Shown here: positions 26,801 through 35,383 of the stretch, in pieces
Position numbering within the stretch: position 1 is the stretch's first letter
How the letters are laid out: each line of letters begins with the position of its first letter
Program-made: the position numbers and the translations under genes
Notes under the pieces: generated by a model
Databases searched by the model: none
What the model was told of the DNA's origin: nothing
What the model saw: only the letters and a program-made list of their open reading frames with translations
Assembly: GCA_964354935.1 (NCBI GenBank)
Contig: CAYHBT010000001.1
Coordinates: 10,751 to 74,750 of the forward strand
Direction: 5' to 3'
Length of the DNA stretch: 64,000 nt
Source: an uncultured Candidatus Saccharibacteria bacterium
GTDB lineage: Bacteria; Patescibacteriota; Minisyncoccia; Phycocordibacterales; UBA9973

Positions 26801-27955
26801 TTAAAGCTTTAAATTACCAGTCGCTTTAATGGATTCCGGCTTGGGGACTTTTTTCTTGTTTTTTATATAATTTAAATATCCGGCGATGCCGATCATTAGA
26901 GAATTGTCTCCTGCTAGACCTTTTGGAGGCAAAAAGAGTTTGGTTTGGCGGCCAACATTTTTCTTCATTTCTCTTTGTAGATGTGTATTGCAAGCTACTC
27001 CGCCGGCGACGATCAAAGTTTTTACGTCGTATTTTTCCATCGCTTTTTTGGTTTTATGGACGAGGCATTCGATTGCTGCGTTTTCAAATTCTAGAGCTAT
27101 CTTAGATTTTATCTCATCTGTTAATTTTCCGTCCGGAGAAATTTTTCTGATTAAATACAAAACAGCGGTTTTTAATCCCGCGAAAGAAAAATCAAAATTT
27201 TTACTGTGGAGCATGGGGCGAGGCAGGGAACAAGAGAAATCAAATCTTGTGGGGTCGCAATTTTTCTGCTGAAAAATTTGCTCCGTCCTCGGCCCGTCGG
27301 CCTGCGTAGACCCCCCAAGATTTATTTCTCTTGTTCCTCTTAACTGCTCCGCCAGTTTTGAAATCTGTGGACCGCCAGGGTAGGGAAGATCGAGCATTCT
27401 AGCGACTTTATCAAAAGCTTCGCCGACGGCATCGTCCAAAGTTTTGCCGATGATTTCGTAATCCATCCATTTTTTCATCAACACCAGTTGCGTGTGTCCG
27501 CCGGAAACCAAAAGTGATAATGCCGGAAATTTTATTTTGGAAACTGCAAATTTTCCTTTATGTTTTCCAAACACAGAAAGTATGTGCCCTTCCATATGGT
27601 TTACCGGAATCAAAGGTGTATTCCATTTTTCCGCCAAATTTTTCGCAAAAGAAATTCCTTCCCAGAGGCACATTTCTAGTCCCGGACCATAAGTGACGGC
27701 GATAGCGTCTACCGGTCTTCCTTTTTTATCCAACTTTGCTTGTTTCAAACTTGCCTCTAAAACAATCGGCAGGTTTTCTGCGTGTTCTCTTTTTGCCAAG
27801 ACAGGATACACTCCGCCGTAAGGAATATGAACATTTATCTGCGAATTTGAATTATTCGCTAAAACTTTAAAAGAAGCATTTGTGATGCCTCCCTTTATCT
27901 CCATTATGCTTATTGCTGTGTCATCACAACTTGTCTCAATACTTAAAAGTTTCAT
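26801..27955 (-). CDS. tsaD: tRNA N6-adenosine threonylcarbamoyltransferase TsaD, with an in-frame insertion of about 38 aa
   Basis: IETSCDDTAISI, HMEGH, VSGGHTQL and YPGGPQIS motifs. The insertion LRGTREIN...RFDFSCS lies before LPRPM. Confidence 0.85.
   Translation of the reverse strand: MKLLSIETSCDDTAISIMEIKGGITNASFKVLANNSNSQINVHIPYGGVYPVLAKREHAENLPIVLEASLKQAKLDKKGRPVDAIAVTYGPGLEMCLWEGISFAKNLAEKWNTPLIPVNHMEGHILSVFGKHKGKFAVSKIKFPALSLLVSGGHTQLVLMKKWMDYEIIGKTLDDAVGEAFDKVARMLDLPYPGGPQISKLAEQLRGTREINLGGSTQADGPRTEQIFQQKNCDPTRFDFSCSLPRPMLHSKNFDFSFAGLKTAVLYLIRKISPDGKLTDEIKSKIALEFENAAIECLVHKTKKAMEKYDVKTLIVAGGVACNTHLQREMKKNVGRQTKLFLPPKGLAGDNSLMIGIAGYLNYIKNKKKVPKPESIKATGNLKL
27227..27337. repeat. hairpin element copy A: about 29-bp inverted-repeat arms flanking a conserved 52-nt core (ttttctgctgaaaaatttgctccgtcctcggcccgtcggcctgcg), inserted in-frame in tsaD
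   Basis: The core is about 90% identical to the one at 52777..52828. The arms differ between copies. Confidence 0.75.
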
Positions 27956-27956
27956 G

Positions 27957-28029
27957 TGCGCGATACAGGATTCGAACCTATGGCCTACCCCACGTCAAGG
28001 GGTCGCTCTACCAACTGAGCTAATCGCGC
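27957..28029 (-). tRNA. tRNA-Val(GAC)
   Basis: Reverse complement reads gcgcgattagctcagttggtagagcgaccccttGACgtggggtaggccataggttcgaatcctgtatcgcgca. Confidence 0.8.
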
Positions 28030-28041
28030 TCAATCTAGATA

Positions 28042-29289
28042 TTAGCTTTTTTCTTGTATTCGTTCAAGCGCCAATATGAAAGCTCCCATGCGGAGCGAGG
28101 TTTTTGATTCTCGAGCTTTTTGGGAAACTTTTTTAGCCGCCGATTCCATAATCTTTTTTAATTTTTCAAAAACTGCTTTTTCCGTCCAATGTTCGCTTTT
28201 TAAATTTTGTTCCCATTCAAAATAGGATACGGTGACGCCTCCGGAATTCGCTAAAATATCCGGTATAACAGAAATGCCTTTTTTAAATAAAATTTCATCG
28301 GCTTCCGGCGTGATGGGGCCGTTTGCGAGTTCTAAAATAGCTTTAGCTTTTATTTTATTCGCGTTCTTTTCGGTGATGACATTTTCAAAAGCGGCAGGCA
28401 CCAAGAGATCACAGGGGAGTTCGAGCAATTCCTCATTTGTTATATTTTCCGCTTCCGGAAAATTTTTCAAACCGCCCGTTGTTTTTTTGTAAGCTTCAAC
28501 TTTTTTCAAATCCAGACCGTCTTTTTTAAAAATTGCGCTATGTGAGTCAGAGACAGCTATTACAGTATGTCCATTTTCAGCAAAAATACGCGCCGCATTT
28601 CCGCCGACATTTCCAAATCCCTGAATCGCTACTTTACATTTTTGCGGTTTTCGCGGAAGCCTTGCTTCCGCGCGGAGAGCTTCAAAGACATAAAATCCAC
28701 CGAGCCCAGTCGCAGGACCTCGGCCTTCTGAACCCTGCCCGCCCTGTGGCGTGGCTCCTTTTTCGACAGGTTTGCCGGTAAATGTGGCGCCTGTCCGGTC
28801 GCCGGTTATCTTGGAGTATTCATCTACCATATAAGCCATTATTTCTCCGTTGGTATTTACATCCGGAGCTGGCACATCTTTGTAGGGTCCCAAAACATCG
28901 GCAAGACCCTGCACCCACCCACGCGAAAGTCTTTCTAGTTCATCTTTAGACAAATCTTTTGGGTCAACTGTGATTCCACCCTTGCCTCCGCCCATCGGAA
29001 TTCCGACAACCGCGCATTTGAGGGTCATCCAAAATGCGAGCGCTTTCACTTCATTTATTTCGGTGTCTGGATGATATCTGATTCCGCCTTTATAAGGTCC
29101 GAGAGCGTTGTTGTATTGCACGCGGTAACCCGAAAAAATTTTCACAGACCCATCGTCCATTTTGATAGGAATAGAAATTCTAATATCGCGATTGGGTTCG
29201 CGTAGGTGCGTGATGAAATCGTTCCCGAAATTCTTAATTTTGGCGACTTTGTCGAGTTGCGCCATTGCGTTTTGAAAAGGATTTTGCAT
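28042..29289 (-). CDS. gdhA: glutamate dehydrogenase (Glu/Leu/Phe/Val dehydrogenase family)
   Basis: GGGKGG region, QGFGNVGG Rossmann motif, plus a low-complexity Gly-rich insertion. Confidence 0.85.
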   Translation of the reverse strand: MQNPFQNAMAQLDKVAKIKNFGNDFITHLREPNRDIRISIPIKMDDGSVKIFSGYRVQYNNALGPYKGGIRYHPDTEINEVKALAFWMTLKCAVVGIPMGGGKGGITVDPKDLSKDELERLSRGWVQGLADVLGPYKDVPAPDVNTNGEIMAYMVDEYSKITGDRTGATFTGKPVEKGATPQGGQGSEGRGPATGLGGFYVFEALRAEARLPRKPQKCKVAIQGFGNVGGNAARIFAENGHTVIAVSDSHSAIFKKDGLDLKKVEAYKKTTGGLKNFPEAENITNEELLELPCDLLVPAAFENVITEKNANKIKAKAILELANGPITPEADEILFKKGISVIPDILANSGGVTVSYFEWEQNLKSEHWTEKAVFEKLKKIMESAAKKVSQKARESKTSLRMGAFILALERIQEKS

Positions 29290-29297
29290 TAGTGTGA

Positions 29298-30071
29298 TTA
29301 TATTATCAATTTCTCCAAAATCTCTAATTCTTCTTTTGAATTTACACCCAAGGCTTCGCGCGGTTCTATATCTATCGATTCTATTTTTGTTTTTTCGTTC
29401 ATTGCTATTTTTACCAAATCTGTCAGATAATATTCTTTTTGAGCGTTGTTAGTATCTAAGGTTTTTAGTTTTTCCCAAAGCCATTTTGCCTCAAAACAAA
29501 AATAACACGGATTGACTTCCGTAACTTTTTTTTCTTCCTCGCTTGCGTCTTTAAACTGGACGTCTTTGATGATATTTCCCTTAGAGTCGCGAATTATTCG
29601 CGAGAAGTCTTTATAAAATACATTTCGCCAATCTTCAAAATCGGGAAGCTTTACCGTCGCCAGTGTTATTTTTATCTTAGAGTCTAAATGTTTTTCGACT
29701 AATTTTTTTATTGTTTCCGGATTGACAAAGGGGTGGTCGCCATAAAGCACAACTATATGCTCTGCGTTATTCTCGAGTTTATCCTCTGCCGCCATTACCG
29801 CGTGTCCGGTTCCTAGCTGTTTTGTTTGCGTGGCGTAATCATATTCACTGCCGAGCTCACGCATAACGGCTTCCTTGCCGTAGCCGACGACGATTACGGG
29901 TTTATCGTCAATGCCGGATTTTCTAACAGAAGAAAGCAGATGCTTGATCAAAGACTCACCACGAATTTTTATTAAAACTTTCGGTATTTCGCTTTGCATT
30001 CTATTGCCTTTCCCTCCAGCTAAAATCACTACTTTAATTTTGTTTTTCTCAGCCATTTCAAGATTATACAC
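29298..30071 (-). CDS. sugar-phosphate nucleotidyltransferase (GlmU N-terminal-like NTP transferase)
   Basis: VVILAGGKGNRM...PKVL motif. Confidence 0.65.
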   Translation of the reverse strand: MYNLEMAEKNKIKVVILAGGKGNRMQSEIPKVLIKIRGESLIKHLLSSVRKSGIDDKPVIVVGYGKEAVMRELGSEYDYATQTKQLGTGHAVMAAEDKLENNAEHIVVLYGDHPFVNPETIKKLVEKHLDSKIKITLATVKLPDFEDWRNVFYKDFSRIIRDSKGNIIKDVQFKDASEEEKKVTEVNPCYFCFEAKWLWEKLKTLDTNNAQKEYYLTDLVKIAMNEKTKIESIDIEPREALGVNSKEELEILEKLII

Positions 30072-30074
30072 TAA

Positions 30075-31466
30075 TCAATCATTTTTAAAACATTTATAGA
30101 TCGCAACGGTATTTAAGGGAGTGTCTGGAGAAATTCTTTCAAAAGATTTGTAAGGCGCGCAGAAGTTATCGAATATGTTTTTGTCGAAATATCCTTCAAA
30201 ACCTGTGTCTTTTATGTTTTGTTCCGGATAGTCCGCTATTCGCGCTACGAGATATATGCCGGATTTTGTCGCTCTTTCTGATATCAAACTCAAGTCTTGC
30301 GCGCTGGAAGCAAAATTTTGTACATTCGTGTCTATCACATTATCGAATATTTTTTTACCGGACATCAGAGCTAGAAGCGGAGTGGCTTCCGCTGAGCCAT
30401 AAATGGGCAAATTCTCCGGCGTGTCCTTTAGCATCTCTGATATTTCTTTTGGATTTTTAAAAATCCCCTGAGGTTGGTAAATATTTACATAAGCAGACAT
30501 TGAGTAAATAGCCACAAAGATAAAAAGAACGATGAGCGTCCAAGCGAATTCTTCGCGCTTGCTGTTTAAAAAATCTAAAAATTCCACTGCAAGTATTATC
30601 ATAAAGGGGATTAAAAGATGTAGGTACATATAATACAAATCTCTATAAAGCAGAAAAAATACGGCAGAAAATATTAATGAAAAAATCCAAGTCTTATTTT
30701 TCACCACAAATGCGCCGGCAATGGCGGAAGCAAAGAGCAACCATTCAAAACTGAAGAATACTCCGAAAATTTTTAATTTATCTATTCCAAAAGGACGATT
30801 GAGGTGATGGGTGATGAGGTTGTCGAAAGTCTGCTCGGGGAAAAATATAAAAAAGGGCGATAAAACTATGAATGAAGCGGTGAGTCCACCCAAAACAATA
30901 TCTCGAGCGGGCTTGTATTCTTTGGAGAAAAGTTTATAAACCAGAAAGCCGATCAGCGCGGCTCCGGCATAGAGCTTACATAGGCAGGCGAGGGCCCAAA
31001 GCGCGCCGGACCAAAAATGTTTTTTCTTTTGATCAAGTATAAGCGCTAGCAACATAAAAAATATCATCATTTCCGCTCCGGTCACATAATCGGAGGTGGA
31101 AATAACAGTAAAGGAGAAAAGATAGAGAGCTGGAGCCAGCACTGCGTAAAGATTATTTTTTCGCAGGAGAAGGTAAAGTAAAATAGCAGAAGCGCTGTCG
31201 AATAATATCGGCAAAGCTTTAAACAAGATGATATGCGAGCCGAAAAAAGCCTTGAACCCCGTCATTAGATATATGAAAAAAGGCGGGTCAGCGTAAAAGA
31301 AATCTTTGTATGGCACAAGGCCGTGAAGCACCGCGTCCGACATATAAAAGTAGACATTTTCATCGCCAAATCTGAATTGCAAAGTGGAGAGTTTCCAGAC
31401 GACAAAAGAGGCGACAGCTAAGACGACTATCCAAATATTTTTATAAGATGTGGGCTTGTTATCCAT
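30075..31466 (-). CDS. GT-C fold membrane glycosyltransferase (family 39 / ArnT-PMT-like)
   Basis: About 12 TM helices. N-terminal luminal loop with a YKDFFYADPP motif. Confidence 0.6.
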   Translation of the reverse strand: MDNKPTSYKNIWIVVLAVASFVVWKLSTLQFRFGDENVYFYMSDAVLHGLVPYKDFFYADPPFFIYLMTGFKAFFGSHIILFKALPILFDSASAILLYLLLRKNNLYAVLAPALYLFSFTVISTSDYVTGAEMMIFFMLLALILDQKKKHFWSGALWALACLCKLYAGAALIGFLVYKLFSKEYKPARDIVLGGLTASFIVLSPFFIFFPEQTFDNLITHHLNRPFGIDKLKIFGVFFSFEWLLFASAIAGAFVVKNKTWIFSLIFSAVFFLLYRDLYYMYLHLLIPFMIILAVEFLDFLNSKREEFAWTLIVLFIFVAIYSMSAYVNIYQPQGIFKNPKEISEMLKDTPENLPIYGSAEATPLLALMSGKKIFDNVIDTNVQNFASSAQDLSLISERATKSGIYLVARIADYPEQNIKDTGFEGYFDKNIFDNFCAPYKSFERISPDTPLNTVAIYKCFKND

Positions 31467-32037
31467 AAATTTTCTTTAAAACCTTTGGAATTTTTTTAAA
31501 ATCTTCTTTCAAAACTTCGCGCATTGAGCCATCATACAGCGCCGCCGCGGGGTGATAAAGAGGGAAGAAGTATTTGGTAGACATTCCTTTAAATGCTTTA
31601 ATGAGAAGCTTTCCATGCGCTTTTCCAATTTGTAATTCAGGGAAAAAATTATTCATCGCATGCCGGCCGAGGAAGATAATAAGCTTGGGGGAAATTATTT
31701 TCAATTCATCGAGTAGCCACGCTCGGCAAGCGGATTTTTCTTCCGGCAGGGGATCGCGGTTGTTTGGTGGACGGTATTTTACTATGTTTGTAATATAAAT
31801 ATCTTCTCGTTTTAGATTTATCAACCCCAGCATCTCGTTCAAAAATTTTCCTGCCGCTCCGACAAAAGGTTCGCCTGTCTTGTCTTCGGATTTCCCCGGA
31901 GCTTCGCCGATAAAGACAATCTCCGCGCTGGCGGAGCCCACTCCCGTCACCGCCTGCGTAGCCGTTTTCTTCAGTTCGCATTGGCATTCGGATTTCCATT
32001 TCGTGTGCAGATTTTGGAGTTGTTGAGCTTTGTCCAT
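31459..32037 (-). CDS. udg: uracil-DNA glycosylase, family 4
   Basis: GEAPGKSEDKTGEPFVGAAGKFL motif. Confidence 0.8.
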   Translation of the reverse strand: MDKAQQLQNLHTKWKSECQCELKKTATQAVTGVGSASAEIVFIGEAPGKSEDKTGEPFVGAAGKFLNEMLGLINLKREDIYITNIVKYRPPNNRDPLPEEKSACRAWLLDELKIISPKLIIFLGRHAMNNFFPELQIGKAHGKLLIKAFKGMSTKYFFPLYHPAAALYDGSMREVLKEDFKKIPKVLKKIYG

Positions 32038-32198
32038 ACGCTAAATTGTATATAATTTTCAACACTTTTTCAAGTTCGCCCCGTACCAAGCTTGGCTTTG
32101 GTGCGGGGTTATCCACAGCCCAGACTTGCGTAATGTATTTTGTACGTATAAAATATATTACATTATAAATAATACATCCGCTTCAGGCGGAAAATTAT

Positions 32199-32624
32199 AT
32201 GATAGGAAAACCAGAATGGTTTAGAAGGAGAAAATACACTGGCTGGGGATTCACTCCGGTCACTTGGCAGGGTTGGGTTTATGTGATTATTATGATACTT
32301 CCGATTGTCGCGCTCGCTTCCGCAAGCAATCTGGGTAAATTTTGGATAACGGCGGTCATCATTTGGGCGGTCGTGTTTACTCTCGATTGCGCTCATATTA
32401 TCGCTCATTTGCCGAAAGACGAACGCGACCGAATGCACGAAGCGATTGCCGAGAGAAACGCTCTATGGGTGATCGTCGCCGTCTTGGCGGTCGGGATAGG
32501 GTATCAAGCCGCTACTAGCGCCGCATCTCAAGTGGTAGAGATGGACCCTGTGATTCTCATCGCTATTTTTGCGGGGCTTGTTGCTAAAATAATTTCCAAC
32601 ATTTATTTGGATAAAAAAGACTAA
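32199..32624 (+). CDS. small membrane protein (partner of the YozG-like HTH regulator). GC-rich gene.
   Basis: Three or four TM helices. Its GC content is clearly above that of the surrounding sequence. Confidence 0.5.
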   Translation: MIGKPEWFRRRKYTGWGFTPVTWQGWVYVIIMILPIVALASASNLGKFWITAVIIWAVVFTLDCAHIIAHLPKDERDRMHEAIAERNALWVIVAVLAVGIGYQAATSAASQVVEMDPVILIAIFAGLVAKIISNIYLDKKD

Positions 32625-32632
32625 TAAATAAA

Positions 32633-32830
32633 ATGGAAACAAAAATTGCTTATTATAGAAACAAGCTTTCTCTGACCCAAGAAGAGCTCGCGCGGGTTGT
32701 CGGCGTCACTCGGCAGACGATTATCTCGCTCGAGCAGAATCGCTACAATCCCTCGCTTCACTTGGCGTATAAAATAACCAAAGCGCTCAAACAGAAAAAC
32801 ATCGAAGATGTTTTCACTGTACAAATTTGA
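32633..32830 (+). CDS. XRE-family HTH transcriptional regulator (YozG/HTH_26-like)
   Basis: [37 protein letters not shown]. Confidence 0.8.
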   Translation: METKIAYYRNKLSLTQEELARVVGVTRQTIISLEQNRYNPSLHLAYKITKALKQKNIEDVFTVQI

Positions 32831-32899
32831 AAAATGTGGTAATCTATTTTTTGAGCAGTACCGCCTTGGTCTCAATCCAAAGGCTATTGTCGGGATCAC

Positions 32900-33196
32900 T
32901 GGGTGATCCTAACAAGAGTCAACCAAACTGATTGGTGAAAAAGGGTCTAGTATGGATAAAAAAAAGAAGGTAGGCGGCACCAAGGTGGTGCCGATGGGAT
33001 TCAAGCCTGCTCAGGCTGAGCAGGTAAATTTCCGGCCGAAGTTCCTTCGTCCGGTCGAGAAACCGAATGTGGTTCGAGAGGTGCCGTTGGTCTGGAGACA
33101 GACCGCACGCGGGGGCACGTGGGATCGTGCCCATAGTATCTGGTAGGAGGTGTGACCGTCGGGAGAGTTCTCTCCCGGCGGTCATTTTATTTTTGC
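32900..33196 (+). ncRNA. candidate structured RNA, or a decayed foreign gene. A GC-rich run of at least six consecutive perfect hairpins ends in a strong intrinsic terminator. A 64-aa Lys/Arg-rich ORF (32952..33146) overlaps it.
   Basis: Hairpins cggcaccaaggtggtgccg, cctgctcaggctgagcagg, ggtctggagacagacc, gggcacgtgggatcgtgccc, and gaccgtcgggagagttctctcccggcggtc followed by a T-tract. Confidence 0.3.
33154..33196 (+). terminator. rho-independent terminator (14-bp stem plus a T-tract)
   Basis: gaccgtcgggagag ttc tctcccggcggtc followed by attttatttttg. Confidence 0.7.
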
Positions 33197-33239
33197 AATT
33201 TAGCTTAAAAATGTTATATTTTCTCTGTAGTCATTTTTC

Positions 33240-33311
33240 GGCTCTATCGTCTAATAGTTAGGACACGAGCTTTTCAAGCTCGGAATCCGGGTGCGATTCC
33301 CGGTAGAGTCA
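33240..33311 (+). tRNA. tRNA-Glu(TTC)
   Basis: Sequence ggctctatcgtctaatagttaggacacgagctttTTCaagctcggaatccgggtgcgattcccggtagagtca. Confidence 0.8.
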
Positions 33312-33312
33312 C

Positions 33313-34308
33313 ATGCAATCATTAATCGAGAATTTCGGGAACCAGTTGGAAGAAGCGCTCCAAATAGGGGAGAAAGCGAAGCTGGCGAAGAGGAATAAAT
33401 CTTTTGCCAATGTTTTGATTGTCGGAATGGGCGGTTCGGGCATAGCGGGGACGATTATTTCCGAGCTTGTGGCGCACGAGTCCAAGATTCCCATCTTGGT
33501 CAGCAAGCATTATTTTCTGCCGGCTTTCGTGAGCGGGGCGAGCCTCGTCATTGTCTCTTCTTATTCCGGCAATACCGAAGAATCCATCGAGGCTATCCTT
33601 TATGCTCTAAAGAAAAAAGCCAAAGTTGTCTGCATCGCTTCCGGCGGGAAAATTTTAGAAATAGCCAAGAAAAAGAAACTGGATTATATCGTCATTCCCG
33701 CGGGTATGCCTCCTAGGGCCTGTCTCGGATATTCTCTGATGCAGATGTTTTTTATTTTGAACCGTTTTGGCATCATTACCGGAAAATTCAAGAAAGATTT
33801 CAAATTGGCAATTTCACTTATCAGAAATGAAAAGCAAAATATAAAAATAGAAGCGAGAAAAATCGCGAAAGTTTTGCTCGAGAAAATACCGATTATTTAT
33901 TCTTCGGCGGGGCACGAAGGCGTGTCTGTTCGTTTTCGCCAGCAATTAAATGAGAATTCCAAAATGCTGGCGTGGCACAACATTATTCCGGAGATGAATC
34001 ACAATGAATTGGTGGGCTGGACAAAAAAAGACAAAAATTTGGCGGTGGTTATTTTCCGCAACGATTCCGATTATTCACGAGTGAAAAAGCGGATTGATGT
34101 GACCAAAGAGATAATTTCAAAATATGCGCCAAAAATAGTGGAGATTCATTCAAAAGGTAAGTCTATGATTGAAAAGGCTGTGTATCACATTCATTTGACA
34201 GACTGGGTCTCGGCCATTTTGGCGGAAATGAAAGAAATAGATAGCCGTGAGAACAAGGTGATAGATTATTTAAAGAATATACTTGCTCGCGGAGATGGTG
34301 AGATTTGA
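33313..34308 (+). CDS. bifunctional phosphoglucose/phosphomannose isomerase (archaeal-type, SIS domain)
   Basis: VGMGGSGIAG and SYSGNTEE motifs of a SIS domain. About 330 aa. Confidence 0.75.
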   Translation: MQSLIENFGNQLEEALQIGEKAKLAKRNKSFANVLIVGMGGSGIAGTIISELVAHESKIPILVSKHYFLPAFVSGASLVIVSSYSGNTEESIEAILYALKKKAKVVCIASGGKILEIAKKKKLDYIVIPAGMPPRACLGYSLMQMFFILNRFGIITGKFKKDFKLAISLIRNEKQNIKIEARKIAKVLLEKIPIIYSSAGHEGVSVRFRQQLNENSKMLAWHNIIPEMNHNELVGWTKKDKNLAVVIFRNDSDYSRVKKRIDVTKEIISKYAPKIVEIHSKGKSMIEKAVYHIHLTDWVSAILAEMKEIDSRENKVIDYLKNILARGDGEI

Positions 34309-34374
34309 ACTCACGATACCTTGCGGTATGCCGGTTTTCGAAACCGGTGCCTTAAACCACTCAGCCACATCTCC
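34290..34374 (-). tRNA. tRNA-Ser(CGA); overlaps the last 19 nt of the PGI/PMI gene on the opposite strand
   Basis: Reverse complement reads ggagatgtggctgagtggtttaaggcaccggtttCGAaaaccggcataccgcaaggtatcgtgagttcaaatctcaccatctccg. Long variable arm. Confidence 0.8.
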
Positions 34375-34392
34375 CTTTTAAAAAAGTTACAA

Positions 34393-35361
34393 CTATTTCG
34401 TATTCAACGCAAGATAAATATCTTCGAGCGCGCGGACGGCATCGCCGGCGGCGATGTTGTTTTGATGATAGAGGACATCGGTGCAATCTCCGGCCGCCCA
34501 GATGCCTTGTGTCTGCGTCTTTTGCGTTTTAGGGTCTATTATTACTCTGCCTATTTCGTCGAGCGGAACGATGTCCTTAGCAAAACCGGTGTTTGGGATT
34601 TGCCCTATCTCCACAAAAATACCGGCGACAAGAAGCTCCACGATTTCTCCGGTCGTTTTATTTTTGTAGATAATGCCTTCCACGAATTTATCGCCTTTCA
34701 CTTCCAAAATGTCGACATTTTTAACCGCTTTCATTTTTGGATTTTTCAAAACTTTTTCTACCGTAATTTCATCGGCGCGGAAAGACTCGCTTCGATGTAA
34801 GAGGGTCACAGACTTGCAGTAAGCGAGGAGCTGGGAAGCGCTTTCAAATCCGGCGTTGCCTCCACCGATCACGACGACGTCTTGCCCTTCAAATAGAGGT
34901 CCGTCACAAGAAGCGCAATAGGTGAGGCCTTTATGTTCCAGTCTGTCCGCATTTTTCGCTTCCAACTTTCTGCGTCCGCTACCTGTCGCTATTAAAATAG
35001 TTTTTGTCTCAAATTCTTGACCGGATTCCGTCTTAACTAAGAAAACAGAGCCTAAAGCTCTGTTGAGTAGAGCTTTAGGCTCTGGAGGCACCATCTTTAC
35101 TGAAATTACTTTTTCACCCTCTTTCACTTCTAATGTTTGTCCGGCTCCGGCGTTTGCAAGCACATGTGTTTTTAAATTTTCCGCGAGTTCATTGCCGGAG
35201 AGGGAAGTCGTCCCGATCCAGTTGTATATTTTTTCAGACACGACAGACTGCCCGCCCCATTCGGCAGTGACGAAAAGGGTCTGTAGTCTTTTGCGAGAAG
35301 CATAGACTGCTGCCGCCGCTCCAGCCGGCCCGCCTCCGATGATTGTTAAATCGTAAATCAT
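34393..35361 (-). CDS. trxB: thioredoxin reductase
   Basis: IIGGGPAGAAAA, CASCDGPLF redox-active disulfide, and a second NAD(P)-binding GGGNAG motif. Contains an in-frame palindrome encoding PEPKALLNRALGS. Confidence 0.9.
   Translation of the reverse strand: MIYDLTIIGGGPAGAAAAVYASRKRLQTLFVTAEWGGQSVVSEKIYNWIGTTSLSGNELAENLKTHVLANAGAGQTLEVKEGEKVISVKMVPPEPKALLNRALGSVFLVKTESGQEFETKTILIATGSGRRKLEAKNADRLEHKGLTYCASCDGPLFEGQDVVVIGGGNAGFESASQLLAYCKSVTLLHRSESFRADEITVEKVLKNPKMKAVKNVDILEVKGDKFVEGIIYKNKTTGEIVELLVAGIFVEIGQIPNTGFAKDIVPLDEIGRVIIDPKTQKTQTQGIWAAGDCTDVLYHQNNIAAGDAVRALEDIYLALNTK
35045..35084. repeat. perfect 16-bp palindrome CAGAGCCTAAAGCTCT..AGAGCTTTAGGCTCTG, in-frame inside trxB
   Basis: Same family as the hairpins at 9431..9472 and 45716..45757. 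Confidence 0.8.
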
Positions 35362-35383
35362 ATGAACCTTATTTTATCAAATA

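Noticed and set aside
28690-28770. Gly-rich low-complexity insertion in glutamate dehydrogenase (KGATPQGGQGSEGRGPATGLGG) as another palindromic element
   Set aside because: The nucleotide sequence shows no clear inverted repeat and no similarity to the other repeat families. It may simply be a lineage-specific loop.
32900-33196. Possible SRP RNA or 6S RNA upstream of tRNA-Glu
   Set aside because: There is no GGAA-tetraloop helix-8 motif (AGGUCCGGAAGGAAGCAGCC-like) and no 6S central-bubble architecture. It is reported only as an unknown structured element.
34321-34800. 159-aa plus-strand ORF
   Set aside because: It starts inside tRNA-Ser and is antisense to trxB. It is spurious.
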